Shown here piece after piece: positions 1 through 9,879 of a stretch of DNA of 64,000 bases (the stretch's first letter is position 1; every line of letters starts with the position of its first letter). Position numbers and translations under genes: made by a program. The DNA is from Candidatus Multivorans sp. GTDB taxonomy: Bacteria; Acidobacteriota; Thermoanaerobaculia; Multivoradales; Multivoraceae. Below the pieces are notes generated by a model. The model worked only from the letters and a program-made list of their open reading frames with translations, made no database searches and was not told where the DNA came from. The stretch is taken from contig OZ251997.1 of assembly GCA_965247095.1 (NCBI GenBank), forward strand, positions 2,400,001 through 2,464,000, written 5' to 3'.

Positions 1-638
1 AAGGTTCTGCCCTCGTCCGCGTCGGCGGCGGAGTCCTTCAGGATGTTCACGAGCTGCAGCGCTTCGCCGAAGGTCGCCGCGCGGCGCCGGAGCGCTTCCG
101 CGACCGGCGCCAGGGATGCGCCGAGCAGGAACAACTCGGTCAGCATCTCGCCGACGATGCCGGCGACGACGTAGCAATAGTCCCGTAGATCGGAGATCCC
201 GGCAAGTCGGAGCTCGCCGTCCCGGTCAGCACGCATCACGATGTGCGCCATGCCGACGGTCGTGCGGCGCACGTGACGACCGACCACCGACCGAGCCGCC
301 GGGTCGAGGGTTTCGTAGGCCGAAAGAACCTCACCCGTCGCCTCGAGCAGTTCCAGGTAACCCTCGTGATGCGAGGGAGGATCCTTGAGCCAGGACTCGA
401 CCGCGGCCTCCACCACGCCGTCCACCGTCTCGCCCGAGTCCGTCAGCAGATCGGCGAAGCGGAACAGGGCCTCAACCCGTTGCTCCCGGCGCCAGACCGC
501 CGCGTCCTCCAGTGTGTCGGCGATCCGAAGCAACAAATAGCCCAGCGTCACCTGCTGCCGGGTCCCACCCTCGAGTTGGGGAATCGAGAGAGCGAACGTC
601 CTGCTCGTCTTGACCAGTAGATCTTCGAGATCAGCCAT
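1..638 (-). CDS. Squalene/phytoene synthase family protein (3' end runs off window)
   Basis: Not in ORF track. Manual translation from ATG 638: MADLEDLLVKTSRTFALSI...YLLLRIADTLED...LRDYCYVVAGIVGEMLTELF...FGEALQLVNILKD, the class I isoprenoid synthase motifs of squalene synthases. Confidence 0.88.
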   Translation of the reverse strand, partial: MADLEDLLVKTSRTFALSIPQLEGGTRQQVTLGYLLLRIADTLEDAAVWRREQRVEALFRFADLLTDSGETVDGVVEAAVESWLKDPPSHHEGYLELLEATGEVLSAYETLDPAARSVVGRHVRRTTVGMAHIVMRADRDGELRLAGISDLRDYCYVVAGIVGEMLTELFLLGASLAPVAEALRRRAATFGEALQLVNILKDSAADADEGRT

Positions 639-739
639 TGCCAGAACGCCCCAGTGTACCGATGCTCCAACGAGAGAGTCCCGAGACCCGCCAACCGCTT
701 CACTGCTATCGTGACGTTTCTTCGGAGCATCGACAGCAC

Positions 740-1319
740 CCGACTGCGCAAACGACCGCTACCAGGATCGCCTCCTTCCAGTTCCTCGCGGCCCTCACGC
801 TCGCCTCGTGCTCGCTCGGCGCGGACTTTTCCTACGAGATGGACTTCTGGGGCCGCGTCCGCAGCGACGCGCTCGCGGCCGGCGCGGAGTACCTCGCCTC
901 GGAGTCGGACTACCAGGCGGCCCGCATCGGGATCCTGGCTGAGACGATCAGGACCTACTTCGAGATCGCGGACACAGACCGTAGTGACAGCCGTCAACGA
1001 AGTCGAGGCGGCCTTGGCCGTACTGCAGAACGAGGGTCAGAGACACTCGCTGCTCGCCTCGCGGCTTCAAGAGGCTGAGGCGACGGTGGAACTCCGGTCG
1101 CAAAGATACGAAGCGGGAATCGGCGGCTACGCCGACTTTCTGGACGCCGTGCGGACGCGGCTGAACGTGGAAGTGGCTCTCGCGGGCGCGGGCCGCGACG
1201 TGGCTCTAGCCCGACTCGCCGTTCACCGCGCCCTGGGCGGCGCTTGGACAGCTTCGGGACCGATTGACACGCCGCAGATCGCATCGGCATCCGCCGAGCC
1301 AGACGAACCAACCGAATAG
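740..1319 (+). pseudogene. TolC/NodT-type outer membrane efflux factor relic (internally deleted, frameshifted)
   Basis: Lipobox-like LASC then SYEMDFWGRVR...AETIRTYFEI in one frame; VNEVEAAL...RYEAGIGGY...LAVHRALGGAW in another frame; far shorter than a full OMF; 5' limit approximate. Confidence 0.75.
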
Positions 1320-1330
1320 AGAGCAAGCAC

Positions 1331-1867
1331 ATGAGTCGACGAACTGGCTGGCTCATTGCCGCCGTCATCCTGATCGGGTCGATTGCCCTGGCCGCTCTGA
1401 TGGTCTCCAGTAGGCCCGAGCCGGAGCGCCGGCCGCCACCCTCGCAGGTTCCTTTCGCAATCACGGCGCCAGTCGCGGCCGGCGAGGGCGCAATTCCTGT
1501 CTGCGGAGCCGGAACCGTGCGGCCCCGCGCCGAAATCGACATCCCCGCGGAGGTCAGCGGCAGGGTGCGTTGGGTAGCGCCGGTGTTCCAGAGCGGTGGA
1601 CGGGTGCGCGAAGGACAGCCGCTCTTCCGCGTTGAAGGCGCGGACCACCGAAACAAGGTAGAACAAGCGCGCGCCGGCATAGCGGTACAGCAACTCGAGC
1701 TCCTGAAGGTGCAGGAAGAAGCCAACGTTGCCCGCGCCCAGTACGGGCAGTTCAAGCAGCGGCAGGCGGACCAAGGATCCGCTTCGGACGCCAGCCCCCT
1801 GGCTCTGTGGCAGCCCCAGATAGCGGCCGCGGAGGCCAAGCTGGCCAGAGCCGGCGTTGCGCGATGA
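1331..1867 (+). pseudogene. RND efflux periplasmic adaptor subunit, C-terminally truncated
   Basis: TM anchor, GTVRPRAEIDIPAEVSGRV...GGRVREGQPLFR lipoyl half and helical hairpin; ends at 178 aa where it meets the P450 relic. Confidence 0.75.
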
Positions 1868-2566
1868 GTTGCGGGCCCGGCGGATCGCCTCAAAGATGAT
1901 CTTGTCCAGGGCCTTGCAGGCTCTCTCGGCGCGAGTGTTTCCGGGCACAGGGAGTTTCCGCAGCAGCGACGTGAACGGAAGAAAGCCCAGGGCAATGTCC
2001 CACTTGAGCCCGCGCACGGCCTGGTCACCCACGTCCTGGTCGCCTTGCCTGTCCCGACCGAAGAACGCGCCGAATGCGACACGTCTGGCGACGCGGTACG
2101 CTTCTTCGTTGGCATCGATGATCTGGCCGGCACTCCATCTTTCCTGCAACATCAGCGCGTTCTCAACCATTATCTCGGCATAGACGTCAAGATACTCTTG
2201 CGAGAACGCCGGCGCGACCAGCTTGCGACGCCGCCGATGGTCGTCTCCCTCGCTCGTGAAGACGCCCGGCTGAGTGATGAACTTGTTGTTGATCTCGAAG
2301 ACCTCGCTCTTTGGAAAGAACGACCGCTTGTCCACGAGCATCTCGCGGATGAGGTCCGCATCGAATACGGCGCAACAGGTCATGGACGGAAGCTGGTACG
2401 AGACAACATCGCCGTGCTCACGGTTGAGCCGCTCCAGGAACCCGGGAAAGTCGCGGAGCCGCTCTCGCATGTTGCTGAGCCGCCGGCCCTTCGGACCGGG
2501 TGGGAGCCGTTCGGTCGATCGCTGCGCCGACGCTTCCTGACCGATGCTGGAGTGTGGTGCCGCCAT
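1850..2566 (-). pseudogene. Cytochrome P450, N-terminal half only
   Basis: LPPGPKG, HGDVV, GVFTSEGDDHRRRRKLVAPAF; similarity stops near 1850, before the I-helix, ExxR and heme-Cys motifs. Confidence 0.8.
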
Positions 2567-2823
2567 GTGGAAGACCTCCCAGCCGCGCTACCAGAGCGCG
2601 TCACCCCAACAGAGCCGGCCGGCCTTCTGTATCCGCCCCCGGAGAAGTTCACGCCATTCGATGGACAAGTTCAGCAACATGCTTAACGTCTCGAACCTGG
2701 GTAAGTTCGAACTCTCTTTCGCGTTGCCGACTTCGGTCTACGACGAAGACTCGCACGAGTGGTAGTTGAAACGTAAGTCGGGGAGCGCCACGCCATGGCC
2801 TCCTTGCTCTATCCGCGGCGCGT

Positions 2824-3438
2824 CTACCCCGCCTCCGCCGCCAGCGCCTTCCGGTATGCCGGTCTCTCCAGGCAACGGTCCGCGTAGGCCTCCAGCACCG
2901 GCGACTCGGGGAGCATGCCGAACATGCGCAGGAAGACCGCGCTGCTGCCCAGCATGACGTCCGCGGCCGAAAAGGTGTCACCGAGAATCCAGGGATGCTC
3001 GCCGAGGCCTTCTTCCCAGGTCTTGATCGTCTGCGCGAAGCTGCCCCAGCCGAGCCGGCCGGGGTTGAAGGCCTCCGCCTGGTGTTCCTCGGGCACCACG
3101 GTCCGAAGCCCGAACTCGAACATCCCCGGTTCGATCATGCCCGGCGTGTAGATCAACCACTGCACGAAGCGGGCGCGGAGCGGGTCGTCGAGGCCCGGCG
3201 CCAGCCGGCCGGAGGAGTAGCGGTCGGCGACGTACAGACAGATCGACGCCGAATCCCACATCTTCACGTTGCCGTCCTCAAGCGCGGGCACCTTGCCCAT
3301 CGGGCTTGCGGCGAGGTGCTCCGGGCTGCGTTCCGGCTTCGTGATGTCGACGCTCACGAGTTCGTAGTCGACGCCAGCTTCCTCGAGCATCCAGACCGCG
3401 CGGCTGGAACGGGTCTGCGGAAACCAGTAGAGCTTCAT
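2824..3438 (-). CDS. Glutathione S-transferase family protein
   Basis: MKLYWFPQTRSSRAVWMLEE, SPMGKVPALED, DSASICLY, FSAADVMLG. Confidence 0.92.
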   Translation of the reverse strand: MKLYWFPQTRSSRAVWMLEEAGVDYELVSVDITKPERSPEHLAASPMGKVPALEDGNVKMWDSASICLYVADRYSSGRLAPGLDDPLRARFVQWLIYTPGMIEPGMFEFGLRTVVPEEHQAEAFNPGRLGWGSFAQTIKTWEEGLGEHPWILGDTFSAADVMLGSSAVFLRMFGMLPESPVLEAYADRCLERPAYRKALAAEAG

Positions 3439-4061
3439 TCGTAGGCCTCCGAGTCCTGATGTTCCGTGCCCGCCGGAGCGCGGCCGATCTCCTTCATGCC
3501 GGTGTAGAAACCGCGCACGTCGAGTTCGATGGTCACCGGCGAGCCGCTGTCGTTGCGCCAGAACCAGCCGTGGTTGCCGGAGTAGCCCGCGGTCAGGCCG
3601 CCCCGGCCGCCCGCGATGTCGAACTCCTCCGCGTAGCGAACCGGCTCGTCGTCGAGATCGTTGAAGGGGTCGGCGTGGAAGTCCGAATACAGCGCGCCGC
3701 CGTCGGTCTGCCAGGAGTAGACGATGGTCATCCCCTCGATCATCTGCAGCTTGTACTCCATCTGCTCGTTGGCGCCGATCTCGATCGTGACCGTCTCGGC
3801 GCGAAGTTCCCGGTTGCCGGCCATCTGCGCGGAGAGGCCGGCTTCGGCTTCGGCCATCGGCTCGGTGCCTTCGGCGTCGTAAAGCCCATCGAGACCGAGC
3901 AGGCCGCCGATCCGGGTCGGATCGATGCCGTACTCGGCCGGCAGGATGACGACCACGAACACCACCGCGGCGGCGGCGAGCGTGATCGCCAGCGTCTTCA
4001 GCAGCCTGCGAAGCGGCGGCGTTCCGAGATCGCCGCCTGGAGCGGAAGAGGAATCCGTCAT
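3435..4061 (-). CDS. Membrane-anchored hypothetical protein of the type usually paired with HupE/UreJ genes
   Basis: TM then LPAEYGIDPTRIG; YSDFHADP and GNHGWFWRN motifs; ATGA overlaps with both neighbours. Confidence 0.75.
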   Translation of the reverse strand: MTDSSSAPGGDLGTPPLRRLLKTLAITLAAAAVVFVVVILPAEYGIDPTRIGGLLGLDGLYDAEGTEPMAEAEAGLSAQMAGNRELRAETVTIEIGANEQMEYKLQMIEGMTIVYSWQTDGGALYSDFHADPFNDLDDEPVRYAEEFDIAGGRGGLTAGYSGNHGWFWRNDSGSPVTIELDVRGFYTGMKEIGRAPAGTEHQDSEAYE

Positions 4062-4750
4062 GACAAGAAGTACCCCGTCAACTGGTAGGCCACGAGCAGG
4101 AAGCCGACCGTCATCAGCACCGAATTGGCCGCGTAACCGTGAGATTGGAAGCGGCCGCTGGCCCGCCACAGGTTGAAGCTAAGCAGGATGATGGCGAGGG
4201 CGGCGAACTGCCCCAGTTCGACGCCGACGTTGAACGAAACTATGTTGCCGACCAGGCCGCTGCTCGAGATCGCGACCGGCTGCAGCTTGGTTGCCAGCCC
4301 GAAGCCGTGGAACAGCCCGAACACGAGCACGGCCGCCCGGGTGTCGATCCGCACCCCGAGCGCCCGCAACCCTCCCAGGTTCTCGAACGCCTTGTACGCC
4401 ACCGACAGGCCGACCACGGCGTCGATGAGAAACGGGTTCGCGTGGATGCCGCCCAGCACACCGACCAGCAGGGTCACGCTGTGGCCGATCGCGAACAGGG
4501 TGACGTAGAGGGCCACGTCGCGGAACCGGTAGAGGAAGAAGATGACCCCCGCCAGAAACGCCAGGTGGTCGTACCCGGTGACCATGTGCTTGGCGCCCAG
4601 GTACATGTACGGGCCGACGGCGAGACCCTCGTTGTTGGTCAGGAAGATCTCGTCCTGATCGGCAACGCCGTGCGCCCACAGACCGGAGGCGAGGAACAGA
4701 GCCGCAGCGGCCAGTAGAGTGGCCCGGGTCATGGTCCTGCGAGGGGTCAT
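4058..4750 (-). CDS. HupE/UreJ family membrane protein (putative Ni/Co transporter)
   Basis: GAKHMVTGYDHLAFL, FAIGHSVTL, FGLFHGFG, FNVGVELGQ motifs. Confidence 0.88.
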   Translation of the reverse strand: MTPRRTMTRATLLAAAALFLASGLWAHGVADQDEIFLTNNEGLAVGPYMYLGAKHMVTGYDHLAFLAGVIFFLYRFRDVALYVTLFAIGHSVTLLVGVLGGIHANPFLIDAVVGLSVAYKAFENLGGLRALGVRIDTRAAVLVFGLFHGFGLATKLQPVAISSSGLVGNIVSFNVGVELGQFAALAIILLSFNLWRASGRFQSHGYAANSVLMTVGFLLVAYQLTGYFLS

Positions 4751-4805
4751 GCGAGGCGCGGATGGTACCAGTCCAGGGGTCGCCCTGGGACGAGGATTCG
4801 ACAGT

Positions 4806-7139
4806 TCAGAGTCGCAGCCGCAACGAAGCCCGGAACGCCCGCGGCTCGGCCGGGCTCAGAAAGCGCGGATTCTTGAAGGCATCGCCAAGCACTTCGTCCG
4901 GCTCGCCGAGCGCCCCGAAGGTCTCGTACTCTCGGTCCGTGACGTTCGACACCTCGAAATCCAGGTCCAATGAAGGCGTAAGCTCGATCCGGCTCCACAG
5001 ATCACCCCGCCACGCCGACCCGACCGGTTCGAGCAGATTCGCCTCGTCGCCGCGCAGGTAGCGGCCGGAGTCGCCGAGCACGCGGGCGCCGAGCACCACC
5101 CGATCCGCGATCCGCACGTCCGCGCCGGCCCGGAACTGGCGCCGCGGCACGCCCGGAATGAAGTCGCCCGCCTCGACTTCGATCTCGCCGTCCGTCGCCA
5201 TCGGATGCGCCGGGCTCGACAGGGTCAATCGATCCTGGAAGGTCGCATCCAGCAGGGTGTATGACGCATCCCAGTTCAGCGAGCCGGTTCGACCGCGAAT
5301 CCACAACTCCAGGCCCTGCCGGCGGGTCGCGTCGACGTTGGTGAAGTACCCGGCGCTGGTCCCGGCGCCGCTGGAGACGAAGATGATGTCTTCGGCGCTG
5401 TCGCTGTGGAACAACGCGGCGCTCCAGCACACGGCGCCGCTCCTGCCGCGCAGGCCGATCTCGGCGCTGGTCGTCACCACCTGGTCGAGCGGCGGATCGG
5501 CGACGAAAGCGTTGGGCAACCGGCAGGGATCGTCCGGGTCCGCACAGGTCAGCTCCACCGGCGTCGGCACACGCGCCGACTGCGAGACGTTGGCGAACAG
5601 CAGGACGGCCGACCGCTCCCGGGCACTCGCCTCCCAGACGAAACCGGCCGAAGGCAGGAGACGGGAGTAGTCGTGATCGCCGTCAAGCGCCGTCCCCAGA
5701 CGGTCGTTCAGTTCGACCGAGCTGTCGTTGTAGCGGGCCTGCAGAGTCCAGGTCAGCCGGTCGGCGGCGGTGGTCCAGTGCCGCATCGCCCAGACGCCGT
5801 AGTGCCCGGTCTCCGCGCGCAGACCGACTTCGGAACCCGTGAGCAGCATGCCGCTGCCGACGGTGGTCCTGGTCGGAGTCAGTTCGGCGAGTTCGGTGTC
5901 GAAGGCGAAGTCCGCCCGCCCGCCGTCCCACGACGCACCGGCGAGCCAGCGGCCGGAGTCCGTCAGCCCCGCGAGCTGGATCGAGCCGCCCCAGCCCTCC
6001 TGCTCGGTGCGGCTCCTGTTGTTCACGGCATCGAATTCGTCGAAATCGCGGCCGTCCAAGCGGTCGTCCGCGTCCTCGTTGTAACCGTCGATCTCGTCGT
6101 CATCGTCGGCCTCGAAGGCGTCCGCGTTGTACGTGTCGACATCGTTTGCCCGCAAATAGACCGACGCATCGAGCTCCAGGTTCGGGCCGTACTGCCGCCC
6201 GATCCGAAGCCGCGGGAAGAACAGGTCGTTCCGGGTGCGGTCGGGATGCGTGAACACCTCGGTGCGATCGAGTTCGAGCAACTCGACCGGCGTTACACCA
6301 TTGCCGATCAGTTCGTTGTCCGCAACGCCCAGCGTGAACTCCATGTGCCCACCTTCGCCGCGCTGCGAGAACTTCAGGAGCGCCTGCCCCAGCGAACTGG
6401 GCGAGAAGTCGCGCCAGCCATCCTCCTCGTAGGACCTCGCGGCCACGAACCAACCGAGACCGTCCTCCGAGCCGAAGACGCCGCCGGCACTCAACTCGCC
6501 CGACCGGCGCCCGAACGATCCGCCCTCCAGGGTCAGGCCTAGCCGCTCCGAGTCGAAGCCGCTACGCGTGTTCAGGGCGATCGCTCCGCCAAGCGTGTTC
6601 AGGCCGAACATCGGGTTCGCGCCGGGAAGCAGCTCGATCCGCTCCGCCGCGAACATCGGCACGAGATCCCAGGCCACGATGTCGCCGAAGACCTCGTTGA
6701 CGCGAACGCCGTCCTCGTACAGCGACAGCCCCTGGTTGGCGCCCAGGAGGGGCGACGCGCCAAAGCCGCGGTAGAGCACATCGGCCTGGAGGGAACTGCC
6801 CTGAGCCGCCGACACGTGAACGCCCGGCAGTTCGGCTTCGAGCAGAACGCCGACGCCACCGGCAACTCCTCGCTCCAGGGCTTCTGAAGAAACGCGATGG
6901 ACCGTCCAGGGCACGCGATCCGACACCTCGCCCAGACGATCCAGCGGAGCAAGGCCCACGACCTCGATCTCCTCCGAGAAGGCACCTTCCGCGTGCAAGT
7001 TCTCCTCCTCGTCGCGGGCATGGTCGTGTTCACCGTCGCGCGGGTGCTCCTGCGCGGACAAATGAGCGCTCCCCGCCCAACACAGGAAGCTGGCCAAACC
7101 CAACGGCAGAAGCCGGCGCCGTGACCAGGATTCACTCAT
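4806..7139 (-). CDS. TonB-dependent receptor
   Basis: Signal peptide, plug motif RIELLPGANPMFGLNTLGGAIAL, beta-barrel, C-terminal ...RASLRLRL; His-rich N-terminus; start may be GTG 7181. Confidence 0.9.
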   Translation of the reverse strand: MSESWSRRRLLPLGLASFLCWAGSAHLSAQEHPRDGEHDHARDEEENLHAEGAFSEEIEVVGLAPLDRLGEVSDRVPWTVHRVSSEALERGVAGGVGVLLEAELPGVHVSAAQGSSLQADVLYRGFGASPLLGANQGLSLYEDGVRVNEVFGDIVAWDLVPMFAAERIELLPGANPMFGLNTLGGAIALNTRSGFDSERLGLTLEGGSFGRRSGELSAGGVFGSEDGLGWFVAARSYEEDGWRDFSPSSLGQALLKFSQRGEGGHMEFTLGVADNELIGNGVTPVELLELDRTEVFTHPDRTRNDLFFPRLRIGRQYGPNLELDASVYLRANDVDTYNADAFEADDDDEIDGYNEDADDRLDGRDFDEFDAVNNRSRTEQEGWGGSIQLAGLTDSGRWLAGASWDGGRADFAFDTELAELTPTRTTVGSGMLLTGSEVGLRAETGHYGVWAMRHWTTAADRLTWTLQARYNDSSVELNDRLGTALDGDHDYSRLLPSAGFVWEASARERSAVLLFANVSQSARVPTPVELTCADPDDPCRLPNAFVADPPLDQVVTTSAEIGLRGRSGAVCWSAALFHSDSAEDIIFVSSGAGTSAGYFTNVDATRRQGLELWIRGRTGSLNWDASYTLLDATFQDRLTLSSPAHPMATDGEIEVEAGDFIPGVPRRQFRAGADVRIADRVVLGARVLGDSGRYLRGDEANLLEPVGSAWRGDLWSRIELTPSLDLDFEVSNVTDREYETFGALGEPDEVLGDAFKNPRFLSPAEPRAFRASLRLRL

Positions 7140-7237
7140 CTTGCCGGCAAGGCTCCACTTCTGATGTTTCGCCGTGTCCACAGACGGTCAACGCTAGCGC
7201 GGGAGCGCCGCGCATACTCGTCGCTACACTTCAAGCC

Positions 7238-8575
7238 ATGATTCACCGCCACATTCGACCGTCGACCCGCGTACTGGCGATGAGCGCTCTCGCCCTCGTA
7301 TCGCTGTCGCACGCGAGCGCCCAACCACCTCGCATCAACACCGACGACCTGCCGCGACTCGAAGCCTTCTCGCACGCCACCCGGGTCGGCGATCTGATCT
7401 TCGTCGCCGGCACGCTCGGTACGGTGGGTCAGAGCTTCGACCTCGCACCGGGCGGAATCGGCCCGCAGACCACGCAGGCGCTTGAGAACATCGGGACGAT
7501 CCTCGAGGCGGCGGGGTCGGACCTGGCGCATGTCGCCAAGTGCACCGTCTACATCACCGACATGGCCGCGTTCAACGACATGAACGCGGCCTACGTCGCG
7601 ACGTTCGGCGACAGTCCGCCGGCGCGAGCGACAATCGAGTCGCCGACGTTGGCCCTGGGCGCCTCGGTCGAAATCGAGTGCATCGCTCAGCGGCGGCGTC
7701 CGAATCAACGGCAGGCACGCGGGGAGCAGATGGAACGTTCCAGACGAAACCGCAGCCGCGACACAAACACCGCGCCGAGTCCCGTCGGCGGCACGATCGG
7801 GGTGCCCGCGGGCGGCGAGGACGCCACGGCCGAAGAGACGATCTACTACGAGGTCACGGGCGTTGGCGAACCCCTGGTCCTCAGTCACGGCGCCGGCGGC
7901 AATCACGCGATCTGGTTCGAGCAGGTGGCCTTCTTCTCGCGGCGCTACAAGGTCATCACCTGGGATCAGCGCTCGTTCGGCAACTCGACGGACCACGCGG
8001 GACGCCACAACGCGGAGGCCTTCGCGGCCGACCTGCTCGCGCTGCTCGACCACCTGGAGATCGACAAGGCGCACGTGGCGGGGCAGTCGATGGGCGGCTG
8101 GACCACCGTGCGCTTCGCCCTGGACCACCCGGATCGGGTGCGATCGGTGATCCTCGCCGACACCACCGGCGGCATCGTCACCGACGAGGTTCGGGCGGAC
8201 TACGAGCGGCTCATGACCGGGGAAGCGCGCGCCGAGGCCGAGCGGGCGCGCGCCGAAGGCCGTCTCGACGAGGCTCCGATGCGGGCCTTTCTCTACGGCC
8301 AGATCAGCAGCCTGAACGGAGAGCGCCCGACGGACATCGGGGCCATGCTGTTCGGCGTCGACTACGCACCCCGCGCCGCCGAGCTCACGATGCCGGTGCT
8401 CATGATCGTCGGCTCGGAAGATCCGCTGTTCCGGCCGCCGTCGATCCGCACGATCGCCAACCTGCTGCCGAACGTCCGCGTCGTCGAGATCCCCGGCGCC
8501 GGCCACTCGCCGTACTTCTACCAGCCCGAGCAGTGGAACCGGATCGTTCTGGAGTTCCTGCGCGAACAGGACTAG
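7238..8575 (+). CDS. RidA/YjgF domain fused to alpha/beta hydrolase
   Basis: FSHATRVGDLIFVAG...PPARATI...VEIECIA (Rid) then HGAGG, GQSMG, GSED, GHSP (hydrolase triad) in one frame; signal-peptide-like N-terminus. Confidence 0.8.
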   Translation: MIHRHIRPSTRVLAMSALALVSLSHASAQPPRINTDDLPRLEAFSHATRVGDLIFVAGTLGTVGQSFDLAPGGIGPQTTQALENIGTILEAAGSDLAHVAKCTVYITDMAAFNDMNAAYVATFGDSPPARATIESPTLALGASVEIECIAQRRRPNQRQARGEQMERSRRNRSRDTNTAPSPVGGTIGVPAGGEDATAEETIYYEVTGVGEPLVLSHGAGGNHAIWFEQVAFFSRRYKVITWDQRSFGNSTDHAGRHNAEAFAADLLALLDHLEIDKAHVAGQSMGGWTTVRFALDHPDRVRSVILADTTGGIVTDEVRADYERLMTGEARAEAERARAEGRLDEAPMRAFLYGQISSLNGERPTDIGAMLFGVDYAPRAAELTMPVLMIVGSEDPLFRPPSIRTIANLLPNVRVVEIPGAGHSPYFYQPEQWNRIVLEFLREQD

Positions 8576-8595
8576 AGCGGCAGAACTCCCAGAGG

Positions 8596-8639
8596 CCGGC
8601 GCTTCGCGCCGGATGCGGGCGAGACGCCCGCGAACCAGG
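8596..8639. repeat. REP-like palindrome (modules A+B)
   Basis: CCGGCGCTTCGCGCCGG-AT-GCGGGCGAGACGCCCGC between convergent genes. Confidence 0.8.
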
Positions 8640-8662
8640 GGCGGAGCGGTCGCCCGCAGCAC

Positions 8663-9529
8663 CTAACCGGCGTCGCGCCAGCGGCGGTGGCCCCAGAGAT
8701 ACTGGTCCGGGTCGCGGCGGATCGCCTCTTCAAGGTGCGTGTTCAGCGTGACGAGGATCGCCTCCACGTCGGCGTTCCGGTCGCCGCTCCGCATCTGCTC
8801 GATCAGCGGTGACAGGGTCAACTCGAAGGTCATCGGGGCCGTCCGCCGGCAGGTCGCGAAGCACAGCGGCGCCCGGGTCACGAGGTGGAGCATCGCGGCG
8901 GTCGTGTGCGTTTTCGCCGGGTGGCCGAAGAACGGGACGTCGACGCCCCGGCGCGCGTGCTGATCGACGAGCAGCGCGAGGATCTCGCCGTCCCCCAGGA
9001 GCCTGATGAACCGCCCCGGGTCCGGGTCGTACTTGGGGATCATCCGGAACTCGCGCCGCGGCCGACGACTGAGCGCGAGCTCCTGCACCCGGGGGTTGTT
9101 CATCGGCCGCGAGATGCCGGCGACCGGCTTGTACCGGGACAGCCACTGGCCTGCGAGCTCCCAATTGCCGAAGTGACCGGAGACGACGATCAGGCCGCGA
9201 TCGGGATCGTCCAGCACCGCCTGCACGTCGTCCGGTATCCGGACCCGCACCCGGTCCGGATCGTCGAGCACCAGCGCCGACTTCATCGACTCGACCAGCA
9301 CCGCCCCCATGTGGCGCGCGGCGGCGGCGCCGATTGCACGCGCCTCGCCCAGGTCGCCGGCGACGCCGGCCCGCAGGATGTTACTGATCGCCACCCGGCG
9401 TCGCGGCCGGTCGGCTGTCCACCACAACGCCCCCAGCCAGCCAGCCCAGCGGGACGCGGCAGCCGGCGGCAGCAGATCGACGCCGAACAGCGCCAGCCGC
9501 GCCGCCCAGTATTCAAGAAGGTGAAGCAC
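8663..9529 (-). CDS. Lysophospholipid/lipid A (LpxL-like) acyltransferase
   Basis: SGHFGNWEL (HxxxxE), LLVDQH, PFFG, PDQYLWGHRRW; GTG start inferred. Confidence 0.88.
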   Translation of the reverse strand: MLHLLEYWAARLALFGVDLLPPAAASRWAGWLGALWWTADRPRRRVAISNILRAGVAGDLGEARAIGAAAARHMGAVLVESMKSALVLDDPDRVRVRIPDDVQAVLDDPDRGLIVVSGHFGNWELAGQWLSRYKPVAGISRPMNNPRVQELALSRRPRREFRMIPKYDPDPGRFIRLLGDGEILALLVDQHARRGVDVPFFGHPAKTHTTAAMLHLVTRAPLCFATCRRTAPMTFELTLSPLIEQMRSGDRNADVEAILVTLNTHLEEAIRRDPDQYLWGHRRWRDAG

Positions 9530-9572
9530 CCGGGCCGCTGGAGAGACGGAGCGCCTTCGGCGGCGACCGCGG

Positions 9573-9827
9573 TCAGGCTCCGTTCTGTTGCAACAGGGCG
9601 ATGATCTCGCCGACCGAACGCGTCTTGACGACCTGCTTCGGCTCGAGCGCGATACCGAACTCCTCCTCCACGTCATACAGCACGTCGAGGATGGTCAAGG
9701 AGTCGAAACCCAGCGACTCGATCGTCGTCTCGGGCGCCACGGCGTCCCAGTCCCGCTCCTCGACCGCGCTGTCGCGCAGCACGTCCCGCAGCCGGCCCAG
9801 AATCTCCGTCGTGGCGTCGCCGTCCAT
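9573..9827 (-). CDS. Acyl carrier protein
   Basis: 84 aa, acidic, LGFDSLTILDVLYDVEEEFGI phosphopantetheine motif. Confidence 0.9.
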   Translation of the reverse strand: MDGDATTEILGRLRDVLRDSAVEERDWDAVAPETTIESLGFDSLTILDVLYDVEEEFGIALEPKQVVKTRSVGEIIALLQQNGA

Positions 9828-9879
9828 TGGGCGGGAAGGTTATCGCCGATCCGTCAGACACGGGCGCGATGCCCGCGCT

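Noticed and set aside
1865-1867. Further selenocysteine read-through at other TGA stops
   Set aside because: The TGA stops I checked end complete domains, overlap the next start or mark deletion junctions; none lies in a Cys redox motif
1223-2566. 447-aa full-length P450 as given in the ORF track
   Set aside because: The part beyond ~1850 is the antisense of the efflux adaptor and lacks the heme-binding motifs
2661-2775. Short ORF MDKFSNML... or attC site (GCTTAAC...GTTGAAA)
   Set aside because: No recognisable family, imperfect core site, no integron context
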